Assembly: GCA_018238625.1 (NCBI GenBank)
Contig: JABCSY010000001.1
Coordinates: 45,279 to 109,278, forward strand
DNA length: 64,000 nt
Origin: Promethearchaeota archaeon
GTDB lineage: Archaea > Asgardarchaeota > Lokiarchaeia > Sigyniarchaeales > SOKP01
Direction of reading: 5' to 3'
Shown: positions 1 through 9,073 of the stretch, one piece after another
Position numbering within the stretch: position 1 is the stretch's first letter
Layout: every line of letters begins with the position of its first letter
The notes under the pieces: generated by a model
Seen by the model: the letters and a program-made list of their open reading frames with translations, nothing else
Databases searched by the model: none
Told to the model about the DNA's origin: nothing
Made by a program: the position numbers and the translations under genes

Positions 1-1173
1 TGTAATATCGTTTGGTAAGTTTTTATCTGATAAAACAAATTCGTGTTGACACATGCGGTTATAGGGAAGGTCAAATTTCTTTTGTAGCAAGCATTTTAGG
101 TAGTTAGCGTTTAAAACGGCTATCTGGCCAACCCGTTTTAACCCATCTGCACCTAAAGAGAGTATATAAGTATATGCCCTTAAGATTATCCCAAAATTAC
201 CCCAAAAAGCTTTAATTCGGCCTATTGATTTATCATTATTCTGTTCGCAAACAATACCTCCATCAGTCGAAATTATACAGGGTTTTGGTAAAAATGGGAT
301 AAGTTCATTTATAACACCAATAGGGCCAGAACCAGGCCCTCCACCACCGTGAGGGGTTGAAAAAGTTTTATGTAAATTCAAATGAACTATATCAAAACCC
401 ATATCTCTGGGCCGACAAATTCCTAACATAGGGTTTAGATTTGCTCCATCGTAATAACATAATCCCCCATGCTTGTGGATGATTCTAGTTATATCTTTAA
501 TTTGCCTATCAAAAACACCTAAGGTGTTAGGATTTGTTAACATGATTCCTGCTACATCACCTTGTTCCATTGCAAATTCAAGATGGTCTAGTGGAACTTC
601 ACCGTATTCGTTTGATTGTAATTCAATAATTGAAAACCCCGCCATTTTCGCCGACGCAGGGTTAGTGCCGTGAGCCGAATCTGGAACTATAATTTTATCT
701 TTGATAATCCCTTTAGTCTCGAAATATTTTTTTATTATTAACAAACCAACTAATTCTCCATGCGCTCCAGCTGCAGGTTGTAATGTAAATCCGTCCATAC
801 CAGTAATTTCACCTAACGCTATTGAAATATTGTATAGTAATTCAAGTGAACCTTCACTTTCATCCTGAAGTGGATGTATTTGCGAAAATTCATTCAATCG
901 TACTGCTATCTCGTTAATTTTTGGGTTATACTTCATGGTACAAGAGCCTAACGGATAAATTCCGGAATCTACACCGTAGTTTATCGTGCTTAATTTAACA
1001 TAATGGCGAACTATCTCAACCTCAGGAACGTCTGGAATTGGAAGTATCTCTCTTAAGAGATTTTCGGGAATGAAGTCCTCAAGTTTTTCTACTTTAATAT
1101 CTATTTTTGGTATAAAGTTTTTTTGGGCGCGGTCAACCCCTTTTTCAAAAATCAAAGAATTATTATTATTCAT
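1..1173 (-). CDS. gcvPB: Glycine dehydrogenase (decarboxylating) subunit 2, truncated by window edge
   Basis: Not in the ORF track. Manual translation from ATG at 1173 gives MNNNSLIFEKG...YPLGSCTMKYNP...LQPAAGAHGE...SAHGTNPASA...HLNLHKTFSTPHGGGGPGSGP. Overlaps the gcvPA stop. Confidence 0.95.
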   Translation of the reverse strand, partial: MNNNNSLIFEKGVDRAQKNFIPKIDIKVEKLEDFIPENLLREILPIPDVPEVEIVRHYVKLSTINYGVDSGIYPLGSCTMKYNPKINEIAVRLNEFSQIHPLQDESEGSLELLYNISIALGEITGMDGFTLQPAAGAHGELVGLLIIKKYFETKGIIKDKIIVPDSAHGTNPASAKMAGFSIIELQSNEYGEVPLDHLEFAMEQGDVAGIMLTNPNTLGVFDRQIKDITRIIHKHGGLCYYDGANLNPMLGICRPRDMGFDIVHLNLHKTFSTPHGGGGPGSGPIGVINELIPFLPKPCIISTDGGIVCEQNNDKSIGRIKAFWGNFGIILRAYTYILSLGADGLKRVGQIAVLNANYLKCLLQKKFDLPYNRMCQHEFVLSDKNLPNDIT

Positions 1174-2524
1174 TTTTTTTTCCCTCCTTTTTGTTATATA
1201 GAGCATTCTTAGCCGCATTGATAAACTTTTCAATTGATTCGCGAGAATTCATTTCTGTCACACACACTAAAACTATGTTCTCCAAATTTGGAAAATACTT
1301 TGAGAGACGAAGGGGAGGGAGCAAGTTTAATTGCTTGCACTCATGAGTAAAAGCATCAACATCTGGACATTTTACAATAAATTCGTTGTAAGTTGGTTTT
1401 TTGTTTAAAATTTCGTAACCAGGAATTTCGGTTAGTTTGTTTTTAACATAATTAGCTTTTTGAAAGTTTTGGGTTGCGATTTCGCGCAATCCTGTTTTTC
1501 CTAAAGATATAATATATATTAAGGCAGATAATGAACATAATGCTTGGTTTGTGCATATATTTGAACTCGCTTTTTCTCTTCTTATATGTTGTTCACGGGC
1601 TTGTAACGTTAGTAAAAATCCCTCGCGTTCGCCGTTGATTTCCTTTGTTTTGCCAACCAACCTACCGGGCATTTTTCTCAAATATTTTTTCTTTGCTGCA
1701 AAAATACCTAATCCAGGACCGCCAAATGAAGGACTAATTCCAAAAGACTGTCCTTCTGCTACAAATATATCTACATCAGTTTCCCCTGGTGGTTTCAGAA
1801 CACCTAAACAGGTGGGGTCGGTCATACATTGTATCAATAAGCAATTAGGAACTTTTTCTTTCACCTTTTTTGCTAACAACGATATATCTTCAATGTCTCC
1901 AAAGAAATTTGGACTCTGAAATAAAACAGCTGCAATATCTTTGTTTAACTCGTCTATTAATTCATTTTCAGCGATAATTCTAAGATCGATTCCTTGTCCC
2001 CAACAATAAGTCTTGACAACTTCAGAATATTCGGGATGAATGCCTTCTAATAATAATAGACTGTTTTTCCTTGTTATTATAGTTGCCATAATAGCTGCTT
2101 CCGCAAGAGCAGTAGATCCATCGTACATACTCGCATTAGCAACATCCATCTGAGTTAGTCGAGAAATTACGCTTTGATATTCATAGATCGCTTGTAAAAA
2201 CCCTTGACTAGCTTCTGCTTGATAGGGGGTGTATGAAGTATAGAACTCTGTACGACTTATTACAAAATCAACTAAAGAAGGGATGTAATGAAAATAATAA
2301 CCTGCTCCCAAAAAGGAATTAGAATAAACTTTGTTCTTTTGAGAAAGTTCTTTTAAGTTTTTCAGAACATCTGGTTCGGATAAGCCTAAAGGTAAATTTA
2401 AACTGTTAATAATTAAATCTTTAGGAATATCTTGAAATAATTCTTCTAAATTATTAACGCCAATAACTTTAAGCATTTCAGTAATAGCTTTATCGTCATG
2501 AGGAATAAAATCCAAATTAATCAA
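1166..2524 (-). CDS. gcvPA: Glycine dehydrogenase (decarboxylating) subunit 1
   Basis: FLGAGYY, YTPYQAEASQG, NASMYDG and QAREQHIRREKASSNICTNQ motifs. Confidence 0.96.
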   Translation of the reverse strand: MINLDFIPHDDKAITEMLKVIGVNNLEELFQDIPKDLIINSLNLPLGLSEPDVLKNLKELSQKNKVYSNSFLGAGYYFHYIPSLVDFVISRTEFYTSYTPYQAEASQGFLQAIYEYQSVISRLTQMDVANASMYDGSTALAEAAIMATIITRKNSLLLLEGIHPEYSEVVKTYCWGQGIDLRIIAENELIDELNKDIAAVLFQSPNFFGDIEDISLLAKKVKEKVPNCLLIQCMTDPTCLGVLKPPGETDVDIFVAEGQSFGISPSFGGPGLGIFAAKKKYLRKMPGRLVGKTKEINGEREGFLLTLQAREQHIRREKASSNICTNQALCSLSALIYIISLGKTGLREIATQNFQKANYVKNKLTEIPGYEILNKKPTYNEFIVKCPDVDAFTHECKQLNLLPPLRLSKYFPNLENIVLVCVTEMNSRESIEKFINAAKNALYNKKEGKKNE

Positions 2525-2574
2525 CTCATACTTCTAAAATTTTAAGAAATAAAATTAAAAATTGGAAAAAAAGT

Positions 2575-2970
2575 TTATTTATTCTCTTCTTCTACTATTT
2601 TTTTATAATCTTCAACGGATAAAAGTTTGTTAATTTCGCTACTATTTGAAAGCTTTATCTTCATCATCCAACCAGTCCCATAAGGGGAAGAATTAATTGA
2701 TTCGGGGCTTTCTATTATAATAGCGTTAACTTCAACGATTTCTCCGGATAATGGCATCAGAATTTCTCCAACGGCCTTAACAGATTCAATTTCACCAGCA
2801 CTACTTTCTTTTTCTAGCATTCTTCCTATTTCGGGTAATTCAACATAAACTATATCGCCTAATTGATGCTGAGCAAAATCGGTAATGCCTATAGTAGCCG
2901 TATCGCCTTCAATTCGCACCCATTCATGTGACTTCATATATTTTAAATCATCAGGAAATTCGTATTCCAT
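2575..2970 (-). CDS. gcvH: Glycine cleavage system H protein
   Basis: HEWV, GITDFAQ..LGD, lipoyl-Lys motif ESVKA, NSSPYG.GW. Confidence 0.97.
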   Translation of the reverse strand: MEYEFPDDLKYMKSHEWVRIEGDTATIGITDFAQHQLGDIVYVELPEIGRMLEKESSAGEIESVKAVGEILMPLSGEIVEVNAIIIESPESINSSPYGTGWMMKIKLSNSSEINKLLSVEDYKKIVEEENK

Positions 2971-2998
2971 AATTTTTCACTTTTTCTTTGTTGTATAA

Positions 2999-4093
2999 TC
3001 ACACATTTCTATAAAACGGTGTAGCAACTACTTTTCCTCTCAAGAACTTATTGCGAATTTCAATTTCAAATTCCGTTCCTACTTCGCTATATTGTTTTTC
3101 AACAAGGCCTAAACCAATTGTTTTCTTAAGTGTAGGTGAATATCCTCCTGAAGTAACGAATCCAATTTCATTACCATTTTTAAAAATTTTATAATGCTCT
3201 CTAATAATACCTCTATCCAACAAATTCAACCCAACAATAGTTAGATCTGTTCCTTCAGATTTTTGTTTTAATAAAGTTTCTTTTCCAATATAATCAATAC
3301 CCTCTTTAGGTTTGACGAGCCAAAAAAGTCCTGCTTCAATAGGCGTGATTGAGTCGCTAATTTCGTGACCATATAACGAGTAGGTTGCTTCTAATCTCAA
3401 CGAATCTCGCGCCCCTAAACCTGCTGCTGAGGCTCCAGTTTTAATTAAATCATTCCATATTTTCTCAGCATATTTATTATCAAATGAAATTTCAAATCCT
3501 CGTTCACCAGTATATCCGGTTCTAGCTATAAATATTGGAGCCCCGTTTAACATAGTGTGAGCAAAATAAAACCTATTTATCGAAGATAAATCAACATCCA
3601 CTAATGGTTGGAGATATTCGTCGGATTTTGGACCTTGAAACGCTAAACGACATCTTTTTGAGGATAAATTAGTAATTTTAACATCTTTACTTCCAATATG
3701 CTCGTTTAACCATTGAAAATCTTTTTCGACATTGCCAGCGTTAACGATCATTCTAAATCGCTCAGGTTCTTCCTCGTAATAAACAAGATCGTCAACAACA
3801 GTCCCATTTTCATAACACATACATGAATATTGTCCTTTTGTGGGTTCTAGTAGCTTTAAATCGTTAATCATTACATATTGAAGAAAGGATATTACATCTT
3901 TCCCTTCTAACAGGAATTCCCCCATATGTGAAACATCAAATATACCCGCTTTATTGCGTACCGCTTCGTGTTCTTTTATAATGCTTTCGTACTGCACTGG
4001 CATACTAAAACCAGCAAAGTCAACCATCCTTGCTCCTAAATTCACGTGAATATTATAAAATGGAGTCTTTTTCAGTTCTTGAATCAAATCCAC
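2999..4093 (-). CDS. gcvT: Glycine cleavage system aminomethyltransferase T
   Basis: FDVSHMGE, RTGYTGERGFE, GLGARDSLRLEA. Confidence 0.97.
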   Translation of the reverse strand: MDLIQELKKTPFYNIHVNLGARMVDFAGFSMPVQYESIIKEHEAVRNKAGIFDVSHMGEFLLEGKDVISFLQYVMINDLKLLEPTKGQYSCMCYENGTVVDDLVYYEEEPERFRMIVNAGNVEKDFQWLNEHIGSKDVKITNLSSKRCRLAFQGPKSDEYLQPLVDVDLSSINRFYFAHTMLNGAPIFIARTGYTGERGFEISFDNKYAEKIWNDLIKTGASAAGLGARDSLRLEATYSLYGHEISDSITPIEAGLFWLVKPKEGIDYIGKETLLKQKSEGTDLTIVGLNLLDRGIIREHYKIFKNGNEIGFVTSGGYSPTLKKTIGLGLVEKQYSEVGTEFEIEIRNKFLRGKVVATPFYRNV

Positions 4094-4216
4094 ACCTTGT
4101 AATGTGTTTATTTTAATACTGTGAGTATAAAGTACAGAGAATTATTTAAATTTTCAGCCTAAAAAATAAGGGTAATTATATGGGAAAAAAATGGGTGGAT
4201 GTGTTTATTCCGTTTA

Positions 4217-4744
4217 CTATTCTTCAACAGCTACTTTAATCAGACTAATTATATCATAGCCTTCTAATTTGTCTCGACCATGTAAACTACCTGTAAGCTC
4301 AATAACAAATGCAATCCCCGTTACGCTCCCACCTGCCTTTTCTATTAGATCGCAAGATGCTTTTGCAGTTCCTCCAGTTGCTAACAAATCATCAAACAAT
4401 AACACTTTTTCACCTTCTTCTATGGCATCCTTATGCATTTCAATAGTGTCAGTACCATATTCGAGTTCATATGTCTCACTAAATGTCTCAGCGGGTAGTT
4501 TTCCTGGTTTCCGTATCAATACGAACCCAGCGCCCAATTTATACGCTAAAACTCCGCCCCACACGTAACCTCTAGCTTCGACAGCACAAACTTTCTTGAT
4601 TCCTTTGTCTTTGAAATGATCTATTAGTTTGTCACATGACTCCTTAAAAGAAGCGTGAACCTTACACAAAGTTGTGACGTCTTTAAATTGAATTCCTTTT
4701 ATTGGAAAATCTGGGACATTCCTTATATAATCTTCTAAATTCAA
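4217..4744 (-). CDS. apt: Adenine phosphoribosyltransferase
   Basis: PDFP..GI.FKD, EARG, RKPGKLP, YELEYG and PRPP motif DDLLATGGT. Confidence 0.95.
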   Translation of the reverse strand: MNLEDYIRNVPDFPIKGIQFKDVTTLCKVHASFKESCDKLIDHFKDKGIKKVCAVEARGYVWGGVLAYKLGAGFVLIRKPGKLPAETFSETYELEYGTDTIEMHKDAIEEGEKVLLFDDLLATGGTAKASCDLIEKAGGSVTGIAFVIELTGSLHGRDKLEGYDIISLIKVAVEE

Positions 4745-4974
4745 ATTCTTTCAATTCCTTTTATTGTTAGTTTAAAATATATTATTATTTAAATTAATTA
4801 AAAATTATATTTAATTGAATCATCCATGCAATTAAAATCTAATAAATCGTATAATAATTAGAAAAAATTAAATAAACATTAATTTATAAAAAATATATTA
4901 GACGATTAATTATTTTTAAGATTAAATCAATCGTCGCAATATTTTGAACATTAAAAGTATAACGGTGAAATAAA

Positions 4975-5928
4975 ATAAAAATACTCCTATTTGGCCCTGG
5001 TGGTGCGGGTAAAACGTCATTAATGCGGACTACTTGTTTAGGTTATAATTTCATGAAAGTACTTAATCTGAAACCTACAAAAGGAGTCTCGAGGGAAAAC
5101 TTTATATTTAGGGGAATAATGGAACTTTCCATCTGGGATTTAGGCGGTCAGGAACTTTATATGGAAAGATATTTCTCGGAAAAACAGCGAGAGCTTGTGT
5201 TTTCTGAAGTAACAGCTGCAGTTTTCATGGTTGATTCGGCAGCAGAAGAACCAAAACTAAAAGATACCTTTGGCAAATTCTTGAAATACCTTTTCGAATT
5301 TAGTCCTGAAGTAGGAAAAGTATACGTCTTATTAAATAAAACTGATCTTCAAGAATCAAAAGAAGATGACATTTATGAACTATTAATTAAAGATCTTACA
5401 GACGATTTAAAAAGCAAAATTGCTTTTACACCTGTATCAGTAAAAGAGGGAAGTGCTCAACATCGATTGATCGAAATACTCGATTATAAAATTCAAGAGA
5501 ACACATTAGCTTTACAAAGACTTGGGAAAATACGCCATTTGTTAGACCAATTGAAGATCAATACGCTTTCAGAATTTCTTTTGTTTAACCAACCAGATGG
5601 TTTATTAATAGCATCCACAATAGGAAAATTTGAAAGTCCAAATCTCCAATTCCTCCGTTTTGAAATAGGAAGCCTTGATTCAAATATATATCAAATCTAT
5701 ACAAAGATTATGGAACTTTCAGATTCTTCGATTTCTCCTTTAGAATTATCGACAGTTATATATGAGAGCGAACATAACTACATCTTAGTGAAGGAAGTTA
5801 GCAATGGATCGGTACTGATGGTTGTTACTAAAGAGAAATCCATTAGTATTTTTAATACTGTGATGGACGACTTAAATGGCGAAAATTTCCAAAATTTGAA
5901 AAAATTCCTTAGTAGGGACGATTTTTAA
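4975..5928 (+). CDS. Rag/Gtr-like small GTPase with C-terminal roadblock-like domain (probable ATA start at 4975; track ORF starts at 5023)
   Basis: The in-frame P-loop KILLFGPGGAGKTS lies upstream of the first ATG. G2 PT, G3 WDLGGQ and G4 NKTD are present. C-terminal FNQPDGLLIAST pattern is roadblock-like. Confidence 0.85.
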   Translation: MKILLFGPGGAGKTSLMRTTCLGYNFMKVLNLKPTKGVSRENFIFRGIMELSIWDLGGQELYMERYFSEKQRELVFSEVTAAVFMVDSAAEEPKLKDTFGKFLKYLFEFSPEVGKVYVLLNKTDLQESKEDDIYELLIKDLTDDLKSKIAFTPVSVKEGSAQHRLIEILDYKIQENTLALQRLGKIRHLLDQLKINTLSEFLLFNQPDGLLIASTIGKFESPNLQFLRFEIGSLDSNIYQIYTKIMELSDSSISPLELSTVIYESEHNYILVKEVSNGSVLMVVTKEKSISIFNTVMDDLNGENFQNLKKFLSRDDF

Positions 5929-6949
5929 CTGATTCTAAATCAATTTTATTAGAAAATAATGTTCTATTAGAATGTTCTTCAATTATAGAAAACAAGTAAT
6001 TATTTGTATTTTTGATTACAGGCGTTATAAACAATAATTCTTCTTCTGGAAGGCATTTTTCAACTTTTTCGTTTAATACCTCTTTTTCAAAAAACTCTTT
6101 AATGTAAGTAATTCGGATGATGAGATCGTTGAATTCCTTTTTGCTGTTATTCTTTACTAAAACTTCTATTTCCTGAAAATTGTTAATAATATTTATGTTT
6201 GTTATTTTAAATTGATCTTTTATTCCTAATTTTTGTTGAACAACTCTATCGTAATCAAATAATCGAATTTTAGAAAACGATTCATTTTGAGCGTCCATAA
6301 CAATGTGGTCAATATCAATTCCTTTAAATGTTAAATAAGAAATTGCTTTTTGCAATTTGAAAGAAGTCGCATCAGTTTGTTTAATTACCGATGAAAAATG
6401 TTCCTCACAAGTAAGGTTAATTATTGCTTTTATTTCTTCTTTTATTTGGTCTCCTTTTTTTATTACATTGATTAATTTTTCCGTTTTAATAACTTCCAGT
6501 TTCGCAATTTCTGACTCTATTACCTGATAAAGCGTATTTTCAAATTGATCGATTATTTTTTTCGTTAATAAATTTATTAATTCGCCCCCAAAAACATCTA
6601 AATCTGTTGGCAACACAAGTATCAACACAACAATTTCACCCCTTTTTTGGAAAGACCCTGCTCTTCTTTTGACCCTTTTAGATTCAACAATAAATTTCTT
6701 CGCAAAATACATATTATTACTGTATTCTAAATCAATTCGGTTAATTGTAGTTTTATCTTTAAGCTCTAAAAACCAAATTGGATGGTATCTTATAAGATGC
6801 ATTTTTCCTGAGTCATCATCTAGCGCGTTTTCTGGACAAATAAGAAGTGGGACATGGCCTATAGTCTCATCAAAATAAAACAAAAGAGTCTCACATAATT
6901 CCTTAAATGGACAATCTGTATTGGCGTTATTTAAGCGATTTTCTTCCAA
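5909..6949 (-). CDS. Longin/uDENN-like domain protein with a C-terminal beta-rich (Ig-like?) domain
   Basis: N-terminal LFYFDETIGHVPLLICP resembles the F-D/E-x3-G-x6-P start of uDENN/NPRL2-type longins. KRG precedes a hydrophobic strand. Confidence 0.55.
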   Translation of the reverse strand: MEENRLNNANTDCPFKELCETLLFYFDETIGHVPLLICPENALDDDSGKMHLIRYHPIWFLELKDKTTINRIDLEYSNNMYFAKKFIVESKRVKRRAGSFQKRGEIVVLILVLPTDLDVFGGELINLLTKKIIDQFENTLYQVIESEIAKLEVIKTEKLINVIKKGDQIKEEIKAIINLTCEEHFSSVIKQTDATSFKLQKAISYLTFKGIDIDHIVMDAQNESFSKIRLFDYDRVVQQKLGIKDQFKITNINIINNFQEIEVLVKNNSKKEFNDLIIRITYIKEFFEKEVLNEKVEKCLPEEELLFITPVIKNTNNYLFSIIEEHSNRTLFSNKIDLESVKNRPY

Positions 6950-7007
6950 TTTAAGTCAACCTCTTCTATATTAGATTAATTACATTTAATTTTTATGATT
7001 TTTAACG

Positions 7008-8312
7008 TTAATGAGAAGCGCACGATATGCAAGGATCAAATGCTCTTATCATTATTTGAGTTTTTTCTTTAACAGACTCGATATCTTCTTTTTCATATAG
7101 CTTCTTAGCATATTCAGTGATCATTTTGTTAATAATAGGCAAATTTATTTCGGTTGCAATGAAAAGCTTTACTTGATCAACGGTTTTAGCTTTATTTAAG
7201 TGATAATGATGCATTAGTATACCTCTTGGTGCTTCGATAACCCCTATCCCATTTGATTTTTTTATTGAGTTTAGTTGTTTAAGTTGTGTTTTACTTTTTA
7301 GTGAAGTAGTATTTAATATTTCAATACTTTTTTGAATTTCGCAATAGCTTTCAATTAATTGTAAAAAGTTTAAAAATAATAAATTGCTTTTCCATTTTTT
7401 TCCAAAATTACCCATATATTCGGATATTTTATCTATCCCATAATTTTGAGTTAACCTATAGCGCGCTATTGGTCCTGTTAAAATCTTATTTTTCGAATTC
7501 GACTTAAAAGTAATCCCATAAAGATTAGAGTCTTTATCAAAATATTTTGAATAATTTTTCGCTTGAAAATCGTCGTAAGTTGTTTCACTTCGTTTAATTC
7601 TAAGGTCTCCTTCATACCTATCAAACCCCATATTATTCTTTAAGCCGAAATATATAGGGTTAGAAAGATTAAATTCTGTAGGAGGTTCAAAAGCAGAAAA
7701 TAAATCTATAAAATTTTCAATTAAGGTTTCTATGTAGTAAATTCCCTTTTTTAGATATTTCTCCGTAAAAATTAAACTTTTTCGAGTAGGATTGAATATT
7801 AATCCTCCCGGAATCGGAGTAATTGGATGTAGTGCCCTTCCTCCTATTAATTTGTTTATTTCTGAACCAATTTTTATTAAATTAAATACATTTGTCGCTA
7901 AATGAGGATTGTAATTAATTAAATTATAAGAATCGTTATCAATAGTTTTAATTTTAAATATTTTTAATAAATCTGGAAAGGACTGTAAAAAATAATGCAT
8001 AATGTGCGATTTTATTAATTCTCCAGACAATAATACCTTTCTAAGCAAAATTGATTGGTGTGATGGTTCTATTCCGTATATACTTTCTATTGCTTTGCAA
8101 CTTGCAATTGTTTGAGATGCGGAGCATTGTCCACAAATTCTAGATGCAATTTTTGGAATATCTAATAGCTTTTTACCTACTAAAATATTTTCAAATCCTC
8201 TAAATACTGAAAAACTCAATTCAGTTTGATAAATTTCATCGTTTTTTAAATAAATGTTTAAGTTTCCACAACCTTCAACCCTTGTGCATGCTTCTACAAC
8301 TTTATCCATCAA
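7008..8312 (-). CDS. mvhA: [NiFe]-hydrogenase large subunit, group 3 (MvhA-like), divergent, no C-terminal extension
   Basis: TRVEG, L1 RICGQC, EAPRG, L2 RAFDPCISCASH followed directly by the stop. Confidence 0.88.
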   Translation of the reverse strand: MMDKVVEACTRVEGCGNLNIYLKNDEIYQTELSFSVFRGFENILVGKKLLDIPKIASRICGQCSASQTIASCKAIESIYGIEPSHQSILLRKVLLSGELIKSHIMHYFLQSFPDLLKIFKIKTIDNDSYNLINYNPHLATNVFNLIKIGSEINKLIGGRALHPITPIPGGLIFNPTRKSLIFTEKYLKKGIYYIETLIENFIDLFSAFEPPTEFNLSNPIYFGLKNNMGFDRYEGDLRIKRSETTYDDFQAKNYSKYFDKDSNLYGITFKSNSKNKILTGPIARYRLTQNYGIDKISEYMGNFGKKWKSNLLFLNFLQLIESYCEIQKSIEILNTTSLKSKTQLKQLNSIKKSNGIGVIEAPRGILMHHYHLNKAKTVDQVKLFIATEINLPIINKMITEYAKKLYEKEDIESVKEKTQIMIRAFDPCISCASH

Positions 8313-9073
8313 TCCTTCCCTCCTACATGTGATTTTGAGAACCTATAATAAATCCCTTTATATTTTCTTAGATCTTTAGAAAGATTAAAAAGGCTTAAGA
8401 AATTGATTAAATTCGAGGTAAACCCCTTTGAAACAGGACCTAAACATCCTTCACAGGGTAATCCTTGATTTATGCAGAGATGGTCGCAGCCATCCCGAGT
8501 AACAGGGCCTAAACATAAAATCCCATCGTTCAAAAAACACGATAAATTTTCTTCCGGAAAACGAATTTCATCGTTTCTTGGAACTATCTTTTCTATTGTT
8601 AATGGTAAATCTAATTTTGCTTGGTTGTTTAAAGGACAAGTAGAACACATATTTTTTGAGCTTAGCTCGAATTTTTTGTTCTCAACTAGCCTTAATAAAC
8701 AATTTCCTAAAAGTATAGATGGAGGCGGGCATCCAGGTATAATACCATCAACTTCTACAAACTTTGAAATAGGATACGCTTCTTTTTTATTTGAGAGACT
8801 AAGAATTCCCCCAAACGCTGAGCATGTACCTAATGCATATAGTTTTTTTGCATTTTTTCGTATTTCTTGAAGATACTCGATTTGATTCTTTTCTGATACG
8901 CACCCCTCTACTAGCGCTATATCGCATTCTTTAATCTCTAAATTATCAGATATAAATGGAAAATATTCGATTTTCGTTCTTTCAAGAAATTGTGGAAATA
9001 TATCTAGCGATATTAATGCTGATATACATCCAGTACAAGAAGTTAAAGATGTAATTAAAAATTTAAGCCTCAC
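8309..9073 (-). CDS. mvhG: [NiFe]-hydrogenase small subunit (MvhG-like)
   Basis: SCTGC, VEG, GTCSAFGG, PGCPP, CSTC, CLGPVT..GC...C.....PCEGC. Overlaps both neighbours, suggesting translational coupling. Confidence 0.9.
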   Translation of the reverse strand: MRLKFLITSLTSCTGCISALISLDIFPQFLERTKIEYFPFISDNLEIKECDIALVEGCVSEKNQIEYLQEIRKNAKKLYALGTCSAFGGILSLSNKKEAYPISKFVEVDGIIPGCPPPSILLGNCLLRLVENKKFELSSKNMCSTCPLNNQAKLDLPLTIEKIVPRNDEIRFPEENLSCFLNDGILCLGPVTRDGCDHLCINQGLPCEGCLGPVSKGFTSNLINFLSLFNLSKDLRKYKGIYYRFSKSHVGGKD

